A program made the translations under genes and the position numbers. From NCBI GenBank assembly GCA_964270895.1, contig OZ185442.1: DNA of 64,000 nucleotides, one strand, 5' to 3'. Shown piece by piece: positions 23,201-37,979 of the stretch. Source of the DNA: Podarcis filfolensis. Lineage: Eukaryota. Under the pieces are notes generated by a model, which worked only from the letters and a program-made list of their open reading frames with translations, did no database searches and was not told the origin of the DNA. Position 1 is the stretch's first letter, and each line of letters starts with the position of its first letter.

Positions 23201-26200
23201 AAAAACAAAGCCATTCTTCCCCTGCCCACCCCTCTAATATTCTTAAGAGGGTTTCTTTTCCAGTCTTCAGAGAGTGGCTGGAAATGAGGAGGCAGAAAAA
23301 AGTCCTCCTTTCCTTCCACTGTGCAATTTTAATCTGAAATCTTAGGCTCAGAAACTGCTCTCGCTAATGAAATTCCCTGTCGCAAAACGTGCCTAGAACA
23401 ATGGGAGTTTCGAATGCTGCTCTGAGGCATGCATTCCCTCGCTGCCAACCCTCCAAGGGCCAGATGCCAGCAGTGGGGGGGGGAGGGAGGGCACACTTTC
23501 TCACAGACACATAATACGCACACACATGTATGTACACAGTACACAGCCCCCCACCCCTGCAGCTGATCCATGTATAGTCATGGGTAAAAGAAAGTGCACC
23601 TCCTTTGAATTCTGTGGCTTTACATATCAGGACATAATAGCAATCATTTGTTCCTTAACAGGTCTTAAAATTAGGTAAAAACAACCTCAGATAAACAACA
23701 ATACATGACATATTACACCATGTCATGATTTGTTTAACAGAAATAAAGCCAAGATGGAGAAATCATGTGTGAAAAACTAAGTGCACCCTTACTGCTTCCA
23801 CAGGAATTAAGAGGCTAAATAGCAGACAGGAACTGCTAATCAAATGCCCTTGCTTAATTTATCATCAGCAAGTGTGCCCACCTCTATAAAAGCCAAATAT
23901 TTTAGCAGTTTGCTGGCCTGAAGCATTCAGGTGTGTTTTAACATAATGCCAAGGAGCAAAAATGACAGAACGCTTTTAGAGAAGCAAGTGCTGCTGCCCA
24001 TGAAATTGGGAAGGGTTCTAACGCCATCTCCAATCAATTTTAAGTCCATCAGTCTACATTTCTAAGTATGAGAACACAAATCAATATTTTATGTGTTTTG
24101 ATACTCCCACAGCACAGTATCTTTTGAGTAGTAAAGGTTTTGGACCACAGCAACATAGCTCTAGCAAGGTAGAGCAGCTTGAGGGCATTTTACCCTCCAA
24201 CTTACCTGAGGTAATGCAAATCAGAGATTTCCTTCATACAAAGCCAGCAGAATTCACAGCCACATACAGCACAAGTCATGTGATTACAGCTGCCATCATT
24301 CATCTTGATGATGTAGGCACTGCAACGTGGACATGGCTTGATGTCATCTGCTATGGAATTGAAAAGGAGAACCCAGTCAAATTTTGTGCGCCTAAATAAA
24401 TCCCAAGAAGGAATTGAAAATCTTTGAGATCTTCCATTGTAAGAAAGAAGGTGAAAGAACCACCACAGTCTTACTCTTCCAGCCCATCCTCCTTTGAATG
24501 AAAAAAAGTGTTTAAATCACATGGCAGGTCAAGATTCAAAAACCTCATTGTTTCTAATTCAATTGACTGTGCTTAGGACCATGGCCTGACTCACTTATTT
24601 ACCAAATTTAAATCTCACCTTTCCTTCAAGGAGTTCAAGAGAGAATATGCTCCTCCCTTCCACCCCCATTTTATCCTTACCACAATCCTGTCATATAGAC
24701 AGGGGGGCGGACTGAGAATGAATGTCTGAAAGTCACTTGGTAAGGTTATTGCCTGAGAAACTCATTCTTAGTTTAAAAGGGTAAGAGTATCCTGGGCCTG
24801 ACAAGTAATTCATCCCTGATATTTTTAACAAGGCTGCATAGGATCATAGCTCATTATTACTGCAAGTCCTTTAAATTCAGGAGGTCCCAAATTCAGTCCC
24901 CGGCATCTCTAGTTATATCAAGTGATGGGGAAAGACTTCTGCCTGAGACCTTGGAGAGCCACTGCCAGTCAGATTGAACAACACTGGGCTAGATGGAGAA
25001 ACAGTTTGACCTAGCAGAAAGCAGCTTTCTATGTTCCCAACTCCACCAAAACACACTGCTGTTGCCAGCATGCAATTTGAAGAATGACATTTGATTTGAA
25101 CTAGTTATGTTCAATAGTTATGTTATGTCTGAGGTAAAAGTTTTATAACTCACTTGAAGCAAGTGGGTACTTTAAAACAGAGGTGTGGAATCTTAGACCT
25201 CGGTGCTAAAAGCATCCCTCAAGGCCTCTCTATCCAACCTTGAGATTCTTCTCAGGCCACATCCCTTATTCTCCTCAAGTAGTTTTGCCTGTCCAGAATG
25301 TGTCCTTGAACTGTGATGATGCTTCCTGCTTGCCTAGATAGAGGAGTGTATGTGTATGTGTATAAACCTTTGCCTTTTACATTGCTGAAATTTAGCTACC
25401 ATACAAAGGTAAAAGTCACATTTAATCAAGTCAATCTCTTTCCAAGATCTTCACACACAACTGCAATAACTGGCAAGTAGCTCACTGGTACGTACCTGGT
25501 CCAGATTCTTGTCCATAACTGAGGCCTGAGGTGTGCTTTGTCCGTACCCGCAGAGTTTGTGCTCTTTGTTGGCGGGCCATGTCGCAAGTTTGGTTTGGGT
25601 GCCATATCTGCTTGCAGTGATAGCAAAATTCAGTCTGGCAGCCTTCTCTCTCACATGTCAGTTTGGGGCAGCTTGCACATCCATAGGCAATAACAGCATA
25701 ACTAAGCAAAAAAGGAAATGGGAGGACAGTGTTTTGTTTGGGACTTGTATTGACAAAACTGGACTATGTGAAGTAAAGCCACAAAGACAACTGTCTCTGT
25801 AGAAATCTACTCAGCCACAATTAGCCTAGCTTTCTCAGATTTACTACCTATATCTCAGCAAAAATTAAGGTACTTTATTCGATGTACTGTAGTTAACATC
25901 TACAATCTAACATATAGTTCTCTTCCTTGGTGAGAACAAGACATTTACTGACTTGCTTGTGTAACATTCTAAGAGCTCTAACCATGGGAAGCCTGTCATA
26001 ATAAAGTTAGTTTTCTCCCCATCTCTCTTAATGGGCTTATAGTTAGTGCTTTGGAAACAGAAGCACCAATTGGCAAACAATTTCTACCTGAGCACAAAAA
26101 AGAAGTCAGAAGAGAGGTAAAAAACAATTCTTTGTCACAGAAGCTACCCACCACACACACAAAAATGACACAAGGAGGTTGTCTAACACTGTAGTCTGCA

Positions 26201-29200
26201 TATTTTGTAAGGATCAGAAATATCACCCTTGTTACTCTTCTGGCTTTTAATTCCCAAATAATTCAGGTTGCATGACTATTTCTCAGATCTTGCAGCTTGA
26301 GAAATCTGGAATAGTCCACATGATTCACAACCTGTGGGAGCTGGAGAAACCATTTTACCCAAGTGTAGCACAGTTAGAAAAGGTGACCATCATATACCTA
26401 CATGCCAATATGCAGATTCAAAAGACAGAAAAGGAGGTCCATGTATGTCTGTAGGACTGCTCTATATTTCTAGTATACAAAAATGCCCAGTACCAGCAGA
26501 GAGGCAGATTTAAATATATTAACTAGCACCACCTGTTATCAAATGGATTACCCTCAATTCATGCAAGTCCTCAATAAAAACAATTATGTTTCATCAGGAG
26601 ATACAGAAATATGCATGACTACAGAGCATGCTTCCCTTTATTCTGCACTGTCAAAATTCAGGTAATTTCAACTTCCCCAGCTCAATCAAATTCTGCAGAA
26701 CATGCAACCAGAATAAAACATGTCTAGGGTTTTTTTGCAATGTACTTAACTTGCACAAGTTATTCTAAATGTAACATTTATGTTTTAGAGGATGTGATTC
26801 CAGAAAGCCATAGTTCTTACTTGGAGGACAGGGCTGCTTCTGAGGGGAGGCCCTGCGCTGTACAATTTGTATGCAGCTGCTGGGGAATCTATACTTCCTT
26901 TTTGTCAGTTTGATAATCTCCTAGCAGGTGGGGAAAGAGGCTTTGACTATCCCAGCTCTTCTAAACTGAGTCCCCACTGGGGAATTAAGCCCCCTCTAGC
27001 CATTCCACCCCATCATTATCAGGAAGACAACTGCTGTCCTACAAGAATCATCTTTCACAAGGAGAGCAAGAGGACAGCTGATAACATCAAGTTCAATGAC
27101 ATAGTGTTAATGACAAACCTTTCAGTCTTGAAGGTACAGAAGCCAATAATTAATTCTCAAGACTCCTTTAATCCATTCATGTTTTGCCTCTTAACTACCC
27201 GCATTTCCACAGCCAAAACTACATTGAGAACAGAATCTACAAGTGGGACCTGCAACAAAACACTGAAGTGCTTTTATTTAAGGTTCCAGCCAGCAAGCCA
27301 GGCCCTTTTCCAATACACTGCATTCCAATTCACATGCCTACACCCACCCTGTTTTCTGGGTATCTCCCCTCACTCCATCAGTTTTCAGCACCTACTGAGC
27401 AGTCTCAGTCTTCATATAACCATTTGGTTTTAGTGGGTCTGGGCAGGAGGAGAGTCACTGTGGTTCATAAGCTATCACTGCATTCACCAGAGAACTTCTC
27501 CCCATTGGAGCAGGCTTAGATGGCCTGCACCTGTTGTTGGGCCAGATAGATTGGGGTTGCTATCAGATGTTCTACCCACCCTGCTGCTAAACAAACAGCT
27601 TCTCTGACCCAGCTGAAGGAGGTGTCCTTGACTGTGGTGTTAGTGAACCCCAGGACTGTTCTGGAGAATACAAAGTTCATGCCTAATCTGCCTCTACTGG
27701 ACCAGCCTCCACTGCATCCATGAAGCTGTCTCAGCATATTTTTGCACGGCCTGACATACAAGATGGGATATAACTTTGATTTCAGTCTTTGCCACAGGGT
27801 GTGAGAGAGATTGTCTGGAGATGTGAAGGTATTGTTATAGCGCTGCTGTTAAGATCATTTCTTGATGAGATTTGGTGTCATTTCTTATGCAGAAAGAAAC
27901 TAGATTTATTTTTCTACTTGATTCTTTGCATCCCTCAGGTTTGAATACTGAAATTGATTATAGTTGCTTTCTATAAGTCATTACTAATGCTTGTATATAT
28001 AACACCTGTTTATGGATAAAGTTTGTTTTACATTTATTGTTTTAAAGGGGTAACTTTAAGAAGAAAAGCTCACAGCTGCAGATTTCTGTCACCTGTAACT
28101 AAAATCAATGCTGCGCCTGTCTATATAATCTTACATTGTAACAGTTGTTGTTCACTGCAGAAACCACTATGTTAGAAGTTCTATTATCTTGATACTTCAT
28201 ATATGGTATGTACTTCTATAGCACAATTGTTTATATAATTTTAATTTGTTAAAATATGTTGAATTACGACATTATATATTACTTATTTATATTATTTATA
28301 TTATATTATATATTATACATTTATATTACTTAGAATATGTACAACGGATGAAGCCCAGGAGGACGAGTTCCATGACTTTGATATACTACATATGAACATG
28401 TACCACTGATGAAGCCCATGAGAGTGAAACAAGGCATTCTTCCGGAAATCCTTGTCAACACTGTGGAACTGTAGTAGGTTCCAATTTGGACTTTATGAAC
28501 ATATGTGGCACAGAAACTAGAAGACATTTGGTCTTTATGAATGAACTGATTTATTGGGACTTCCATCTATATTATTGCACTTTGTGTGCTGTTTATGTGC
28601 AAGATAAACATTTGATATTGAGATAAGAATATATAGGAGTATTGTTTATGTGAATGCACAGCCGGTTACGTCTTGTGTGTTTGTCAAATGTATTTCATGT
28701 AACGCAAGCCTTGATGTTGTTTTGTGAGATTTGGTGTCATGACAAAAATCCCTCCCTGCAAGCATAAAGGGTCTATCAGAATGGTCTGCCATTGAAGACT
28801 TATGGAATCCAACTGATTCTTGAATGCTCTGGGGATGTTTCCTGTCTTGATGTGGAACGGTGAGATGAAGCAGGCTATCAACAAAATTGCCCTCAAGCCC
28901 TCTGTCTGACACTGTGGAGCCTGAGTAACACTGTGGTTCTCTGCAAAATTTCTGACAATGACATAGAAAAGATGATAGGTAAAGCACATTTGGCCTAAGA
29001 TGTGATGTGAGAGTGACTGAACATAATTGTGCCTATTGTGTGGTGGTGAAGGCACCAAAGGCTTAACTGGCTGCCACCATTGTGTCCTCAAGTAGCTGTC
29101 CAGCAGATCTTTTCAAAGTGGCATGTGCTTTACTTATACCTGCTCCAGCAAAAAGTAGGCTGGGACCCTCTGAGGCCTGCTGTAATAATTTTGCTAGGCA

Positions 29201-32200
29201 CCAAGTAAAGGTAAAAGCATTCATCTCCACAGTGATCTGAACACCAAAGTTAGAAAGGATATTGGTGAGGTTTCCAACTCATCATCTGGTTTAGTCCTGT
29301 AGGATCAGTTTCAGCTAAAGAGGACTGAGGATGTAGAAAAGATATTTGTAACAGTTTGTCCTACCATCTCCTTGCCCGTCAAGGCTAATTCAAGCTAGCA
29401 GGAATGGGCTGGCAAGGAAAGTCCAGGGATTGGTGAATGTGTCATTATGCAATGGGGTAGTGCCAGACAACCTTAAAGATGTGGTTGTGTGACCACTCCT
29501 CAATAAGCCCTACCTGCAAACCAAGGTTTATGATTAACTACCTCCTGAACACAGGTTCTCCCTTTTTAGCCAAATCAAGAATGGTGGAAGTCCTAACACA
29601 GGCTTATTGGAGGATACTGATTATCTTGAGCCATTCCAGACTGGCTTCAGGTCATAGTATCCTCCTGATCAGCTTTGTAAGATACAAGTTGAGGGCACGA
29701 TATTGCAGTGGTTCTGGTCCTATCTATGGGGTTGGTTCCACAGCTTCCTTGCAGTTATGCTATGGGTACTGCAGGGTACTATTCTATTGCCAATGCTATT
29801 TAACATCTAAACATAGCCATAGGAGTGGTCATTTGAAGTTTGGAGGAAAGTTCTATTTCTCTACTACATTTGAGTCGTGAGTGTCATGCATGACCTTCAG
29901 AAACTGAATTTGAATCTATCCTGGCACTTGCTGCTAGCCTCTTGTTTCTGCCAAAGTTTTTAAAGTGTAAAGCAGATTTTTATATAAGCAAGGCACTGGT
30001 TACAGGGTATAGAACGTACAAGAAAGGTTTAGATGCATGGCTAGGCACAAGTGAACACATTGAACTAACAAACAGCATGCCCCATCAACCTGTTGAGGAG
30101 GGGGTTGCTTTTAGTGTGTGGTACGGAGCTGGAGTCTTTGGAGTGAGAAAGCAAATTAGCATTCCCCTGAGTGGGTTGGAACTGTGGTTTGTTCATGCAG
30201 GTGCCAGTACCTCCATGCCCTTGAAGACGGAAGTGAGTTGGCTCTGCATCCAACCTAGTCTGTTGCCTCCCCAAAAGGCAGCAGCTCATCACTAACAGGA
30301 GGCAACATCAGAGGTGGTTCCACAATAGCAGGTCTGACTAGAGGCAGCTGTTATCACAGAACAACAACATATCTCTGTCAACCCACTCGATCCCTCCCCT
30401 GAATCCAGCTGTGCAGTCACTGCCCCCTCCTTTAGTTGAGATTCCTGCATTACAGGGGGTTGGACTAGATGACCCTCAGGGTCCCTTACAACTCTATGAT
30501 TCTATGATTCAATTCCGTGGGATCCCAATTTCATCTTCCACAACCCACTGGGACCCTTCTCTATATTGCCAAACTTCAACTCCCCAAGTTCTTATTTTTC
30601 ATCTGGATTGGACCAACCGCTCCACAAGACCTCCACAGGACTCATGGCAGAATCCTTAATGAAGTACATTGTGGGTGGGTGTTTTTGAGTCTGGAAATAG
30701 GGAAATCTGCCAGTTCTAGATGGGGTTGGACTCCTTTTGGAAGGACAAGTGCACAGTTTGGGGGTACTCTTTAATCCAAGTGACCTCAGTGGCAGGAAAT
30801 GCCCGGCAGGTCTGCTAAGTATGATTACAGGGATACAAAGCTACTGTGATCAACATGCTGGTAACCTTACAATTGGGTTACTGTAACACATTCTATGTGG
30901 GCTAACCTTGAGGTTGGTCTAGAAACTGCACCTAGGTTGCTGAAGCTTCCTACTGCACACATGTAACATTAATAAAGAGGGATCTGCAATGGCAGTTCAT
31001 TAGCTGCTGAACAAAGTTTTAAGTGTTGTTTTTGACCTCTGAAGCCCTAAACAGCTTGGGAACAGATTACAGTATATTCAAGACTCCCTTTTCTTTATAG
31101 TCCATCAATGACACTGTGTTATTTGGGTGGGGCACTTCTGACTGCACTGCTTAGTTGGCTGAAGGGACAACTATTGTGGCACCCATTTTGTGGAATAAGC
31201 TCCCCGTGGAGATCAGGAGAGCAGTGGTGATAGTTAAAAACCATTCTGTTTATCATGACATTTTCCAACAGCCAATTTTAAGATATTTTTGGGTTCTAGC
31301 TGCTGAAAAGATATGACTATCTAGTATTTTAACTGTTAATTGTATTTATTTATTTTATTTATTTGCATATTTTCAACTGCTTTGAGGTGCACAAATTTAT
31401 AAATAAAAAGCTGTATGTATACAAATATAACATAGTATAGTATAATATAATAAATATAATATATAATACAATACAAGTCAATAAAAATAGATATAGAATT
31501 CTGCTTCTACCTTGACCTCAAGTACCAATCTGCCTACCACCTTTCACTTCCACTGACTGAATGAGAGCTAAATACATGCCCCACCCTATTCATGCTCTGC
31601 TCTACTCGTTTACTGGTAATTCTGCCAACACAATGAATTTATTTTAATGCCCTGAAATTTCCCCCTCAACCTCAGGGAAAAATACAAAGCAACGAATGTC
31701 AGACAGCAGCACGAGCTGACTACAATGAAAAAGGTAGTTCCAGATTTGTATGCAGATCTAACTGTGCACTAGAAGACCAACATTACCATGGAAACACACC
31801 CTTGTGTTATGTCTGCAGTTTACCTCCCTAGGCAGAATAGCTAAGCTTGCCAATTTATGAAGATGCTTGAAGCATGGGTGGGATGCAGAAACCATGAGGA
31901 TTTTGCATGCTATTTTTCTCAGAACATGCTTTTACTGCAGTCTCACAGAGAAACTGAACTATGAAACCTATGTGACAAAGATTTTCTACAAAACATGTGA
32001 GAAGCAGGGAGAAAGAAATCATATGCATCGTTCTGAACCCACACAAATTACTGACAGCTCTTAGGTACTACTTCAGGCAGCACATATGCTATCTTGGCAC
32101 CATGTACAATTGACTTTTGTGTAAATGTGACAGCTATTCATCAGAGCACATGCCCTATCCCACTGTCTCTTCCAAATGTTTTTTACACATAAAATCCCCC

Positions 32201-35200
32201 ACCTGATAGGTGAAAAATTGATAGCTGCTGTTCAAGCAAGTGATATGCAAAACTGCAGCTGGATTTTGTGCAACCAATTTTTTTGATACTGTATTCTAAC
32301 GGTATTACTAGCACTAGCAGCTGCACTGCCTGCTTGTGCTGCTCACCAACCCACCTAACAGCCCAGGGGTCAGCAAACTTTTTCAGCAGGGGGGTGGTCC
32401 ACTGTCCCTCAGACCTTGTGGGGGGCCAGACTATTCTTGGGGTGTTAACGAATTCCTATGCCCCACAAATTACCCAGAGATGCATTTTAAATAAAAATTA
32501 CACATTCCACTCATGTAAAAACACGCTGATTCCCGGACTGTCCATGGGCTGAATTTAGAAGGCGATTGGGCCGGATCTGGCCCCCAGGCCTTAGTTTGCC
32601 TACCCATGGGTAGATCTGTGCTCTTTCTCCATCTCTCCCTGCCTCCCGAAAATTCTATGAAGATTGAACAATTGCAAAGGGGGAAGGAAAAGCAACAGTT
32701 AGGGCATGGGTAGGCAAACTAAGGCCCGGAGGCTGGATCCAGCCCAATTGCCTTCTAAATCCAGCCTGCAGATGGTCAGGGAATCAGCGTGTTTTTACAT
32801 GAGTAGAATGTGTCCTTTTATTTAAAATGCATCTCTGGGTTATTTGTGGGGCACAGGAATTTGTTCTCTCCCCCCTCCCAATACAGTCCAGCCCCCAAGG
32901 TCTGAGGGACAGTGGACCAGCCCGCAGCTGAAAAGATTTGCTGACCCGTGCCCTAGAGCTTCCCCTTCCCACCCCATGCAATTCCAAAGCTTAATTTTCA
33001 CCTCTCAAACCCCATTTCTGATGCCAGTTCTCTCTATTCTATAGACTCACTTTGCACTCATTTCATCTTCACCCCCTTGTCTGTGCCTCGTCCTCTTTCT
33101 GTGCAACACACTTACATACAAACCAACCGCATGGTAATCTCAGGTACCTTCCTCTTCCAACACAGAGCAACTAAGCACCTTTTTCACCTTCCACTCAATT
33201 ATGAAGCTATTCCCTCTTATTCTGCAGACCCTTTCATGACTCTGCTTTAGTCTTCAACCCCATTCCCATGCCTCTTACTACCTCTTTTTTGCAACCCCTT
33301 TTACACTCCTATTTTTACCATCACCCCCTTTTTTATTCCACCCTCGTCCTCACTTTTCTCAACTCTCCGTTGCACACAGATCACCATTTGCATGCTTTCT
33401 CAACTCCCCTATTCTGCAGCCCCCTTTGTGGACACACACCATGATGATATACATTACTGTAACTTTAAAAATGAGTAGAATCTTAAAACCAAGACTGTCA
33501 GTTGGGCTGTTCAGTTTTAAAGGATGTTGTACATATATAGATGTTTGATTGTTAACAAACTAACTCTTCTAAATTACTACACTGAATCTTCACTGAACTT
33601 CATGTTGAAGACAACACATGGTATCAGGAGTGACATACATTCTGTGAAGCTACTGTGGGATATTTGAGGGCTCAGCATCCTTTATTTCTCTGAGGAATGG
33701 AAGAGAGAGAAGTTTGAATTCAGCAACAAGGAAAAAATACTGAAAGAGGAAAAGAGGTTGTTTTAAACTGGTAAAAGTTTGAATAAAGCTGTGGTGGAGT
33801 AACCCTGGGGGGGTGGTGGTTGTGATTTTAAACAACAGCAGAGGTTTGAGTAAAGCAAGAATGGAAGACCATTGAGGATTTTTGCTTGTTTTAAACCAAA
33901 TCGGTTTTAAGAAAGAGAACAAGCAAAGATGCATACAACACAGAAGCTAACAGCACAAAGCTAAAGCAAAGCCTTTCAAAACTCCCTTCTCAGTGTACTC
34001 AAACCCTGTTTTAAACTGCCACTTTGCCCCACTCAGTGTCACCCCTGCTACTCTACTCAAACTTCTGCCATTGTTTAAAACCACTTTCCCCCTCATAATG
34101 CCTCTCTTCTTCTTTTTTTTGCTACCATGCCATGGCAACCTTCTGCGCAACCTGCCTGTAACTTTGCCCCTTACCCCACCCTGATTTCATGCAAATCCAG
34201 GATTGTGATGAGGCACTACAAATGGGGGCTACATTCTTACATTGTTATTATATACAGAGAAATGTAAAACATAACACTTTAATATGGAAAAGGTCTGGTT
34301 CATTATCTCTTGCCTGTTTCCAGACTTTTGGCAGGGGTGATATTTCATTTTTAAATGAACTTCTGCAAATTTAAGAACAGTGTATTTTTTAACAAAACAA
34401 AATCTAGATTCCAACAGTGAACATCACGAAACCCACAAGTGTCTCAAGTTTGTTACAAAGGATACAGTGCTGAAGCTTTTCGGAATGTTTCTGGGTAGTC
34501 TTCAGGGTCTCTATGTACAAACTATTAGCTTAGAATACAAGGCAACCAGATAGGATATATTTCATTTCAGTGTTAAATAGCACACTAACCTTCAGAACCC
34601 TGCCACAGAAGTAGCACTATCTCAAATAAAGCAAGTTGGCGGCATCTATCCAAGAGCAGGGTGTTCCATCAGCTTGTTTTATGTTTCCTATCAAATCTGA
34701 TAAATTTTGCATCAGTTGAATAGAGGAAACAGTTAAGTGATAACCAGATTCTTGCTAATTAAGCAAAGCAGAAAAACTGCCCAACAGTATTTAGTGGAGC
34801 TACCATGTGGGTGGTATGCTTGCCCACCTTCTTTTGATCTCTAATTCCTCTAATTATGCAGTACAGCATAATTTGGGACTGCCCAGCAACAACATATGCA
34901 TGACAGAAATCAACAGAATCAGAAGCAATTACAACAATTCCAAGAATATTCTGCAGTGCCCAGTACATTACAACTTCCCTTACCCCATGTTTTAAGATGA
35001 ATGTTCTAAAGGACAACTTAAAGAATCATTGCTTGTACTTTCCATGCTGTCTTAAGAGAAACATTGGGAGGCTGATTTAAAAGAAAACAGAAGTGAAAGT
35101 AAAATAAGACTTACTCAAATCTCATTCTGACTAACTGCCAAAGGCTAGGCCATTTCCCAGTTACCCAACTGGATGTTGAATCACAATGATTCAACATTTC

Positions 35201-37946
35201 ACCACCTGCATCCCCATACATAAAATGCTTTCTTACCAGAATGTGCAAGTTTCTGTTCTTACTGAAAGTCATTGTTTACAGTTTCCTCCACTATTGTGAA
35301 AGGATAGCTTAAGGCTGCTGAACTTCTCAGCATACAGAGGGGCTGGGAAAGACCCACAATTCCCTGGCATTTTAGAAACAGGAACTTTTCAGTAAAAAAA
35401 ATTCCACCACAAACCTGAAATACATGCAACACTTGTGATCAGAAAATTTCAAATCAAACTCCCCTTGCCCCTACTTCCAAGGATCACCCACTCCTCCTCA
35501 TCTGTAACATCAACCCCACATCAATAAATATTCATTAATACTTAAACAAGATTCTCAGGAAAATAAATTTTACTGACAAAATGATTCTGAGCAAAGTCTA
35601 CCTGCAACTAAGTAGACAGGAATGACACAAAGTACAATTCACACCTCACTGCAGGACCTAGTTAATTAACTACTATCAGCAGTGCCAGCCAGTCCTTGCC
35701 AAGGATTCAAGCCACAGAATGATTTGGGAGTATCTAGATCACCATAAACTGGGACTTTCCACAGCTGTCTGACACATTATCTTCCCTCTTGATGGGCCAC
35801 CCCTCCTCTATTACTGAGACCAACAAGTCATAGTCTATAAGGTAACAATAAACCACAGCTTAAGATTTGTTAAGGTCTTTTGAAGAAGGGCAGTTTATTA
35901 CTAACCACCACCACTCATGGTTTCTTAGGTTTGTTTATGCTCCTTGTACTGGGGAGGAGAAATGTGGGATCAATCAAGCAGCAGGTACTACTCGTTCATG
36001 CTAAACCACAATAACCCAGAGATCCCAGCTTATCTTTACATGCCAACACAAAGTGTTTGAGATAGCATTTCCATTTCATATAAGTATTCCTCTTGAGGAT
36101 TTGATAGCCACAGCATAGAGTGAACTGTTTCATTATAGTCTGCCCTTTAATAAATTTCTAGAGGCACAAATCCTTGTAAATGCAGTTAGTTTTGTTTACA
36201 CATACATGTGCTTCCTTCCATTACTTATGTGTTGCCCTCCATTTACAGAGGGAAAGACAGTCCTTAATAAACACCTCAAACTTTAAAGGATATACTGATC
36301 TTGTAAAGTTTGTGTCTTCCACGTGTTTTCAGTCTGCACCAAGATAACTGATCTTATACATACATCCTATTTCCCTTCCTACACTGTGACCGTGTTCAGT
36401 ATTACCCAAGCCCTGTAAAGAAAGTGTTCACTCAAGAGATGCAGCTCCCTGGGTCCTCTAAAGGTTTAGACTACAATTCTATGAGGAATGTATATGCTGA
36501 TTTGCTGGTTTTTAAATACTTAACGCAGGTTCTAGCACATCTTTGGCACTTCCAAAGTACCTGATAATGAAAGTTTTGTTTTCATTTTCACTTTCACTCA
36601 CACCTATTCCTTTGCAAAATTATAACCATTAGGCAGCAAAAGTAGCTGCCTTAATGAGATTGAAGAAACTCCTTTAATAAGGGCTGCGAATGACTGGAAG
36701 AAGCTAAGTGCATTCAAATTGACACTTCATTGCTGGACATAGTCCTGCTGGTGCACTGCATGCACTTGATCAGCAATGCTTTAGTCTTAAAAAATTCTGC
36801 TGTTTGCCACCATTTCCCCATGGATATTGAAAGAGACAGTGTGAGCAGTTTGGGCACAGGGCACTTACTTGTCTCCCTCTGGACAGAAAAAGTCAGATGA
36901 GGCACCATTGTTGAAGCAACATTCCCCGTACTACACTTAATTTCTATAGGAACATGGAGCAGTCTGGGCTCCTTTCAGAGGAAGGGCAGGATAGAAACTT
37001 AATAAAATAAAATAAGTGAACAGTTGTTAAAAATACAATACTTATTACTGCATACAATGTTCTTAGTGTTCAAGTGTTTTTCAAACACTCCTACAAGTCG
37101 GAAAAAAATATAAAATAATGATGTTAACTTGATTGCAGATAAGGGGCTAAAGCTAAATGGCTTGCTATGACTGTTCATGGCAGGTGAGATATGAACTATA
37201 AACACAATTATGCACTATTTCCCAAATGAAGCAGCAGTGTGTGAACTAAACAAGAATATAAAATCTGCAAAAACCACCTCTCCCACAAAGCCTCTGGGCT
37301 TAATTCCCAAAGCCCTTATCCCCAACAGAAAAAAGCCAGAGGATGCTCTTCACACCCCTTTTTCTTATATTTCCATCACTTTGCCATTTTCTCTCTAAAC
37401 TATCCACTTTTAAACTGTAAACTGTTGATGGCAGAGTGACATACCATTTTTGCTCATTTCACTCTAATGCACCATGTATTCAGCTGGTACAGAACATTGG
37501 CTTGGCTACAAAGACAATATTTAGTCAATGCAAAGGCACCTCCCCTGCACCTTTAAACTTTAAACTGCAGCTAGGGCTCAGTGACATGACCTTTAAAAAG
37601 AGTTCTCTCCCTAGTAGTGCATGCCCGTCCGTGAACCTTGAAACCTGGTACACACCCTGCCAATCATGGCTGGCCCCAATCGAAGTACTGGCTTGCTTTC
37701 GCTCTGAATTGGTGCAGCACTAAGCAGCTTGGAATCATGCTGTTCTTAGGTTTAATGTCCCCCACTGGCAAGAGCCCGCTAGGTGGTGCTGTCTGGACCT
37801 CACCCACCCCTATCTGTAACATGGGGGGCAAGATCCAAACCGGCCAACCTTTCCAGGGTTGTTGTAAAGATCACAGCAGGCTAATGCAGATAAAGCAATT
37901 TACTTCCCATAACGGCCACCAAAGTAGCAGCTGCTGTTTTGACTTA

Positions 37947-37979
<33 letters not shown>

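Noticed and set aside
26867-27433. 188-aa plus-strand ORF in RNF19B intron 1
   Set aside because: Starts at TTG, no recognisable domain, no splice support.
34470-34510. Minus-strand CUGAAGA...GAAAAGCUU hammerhead-like string
   Set aside because: Helix II cannot pair and there is no supporting element context; may be chance or a very old relic.
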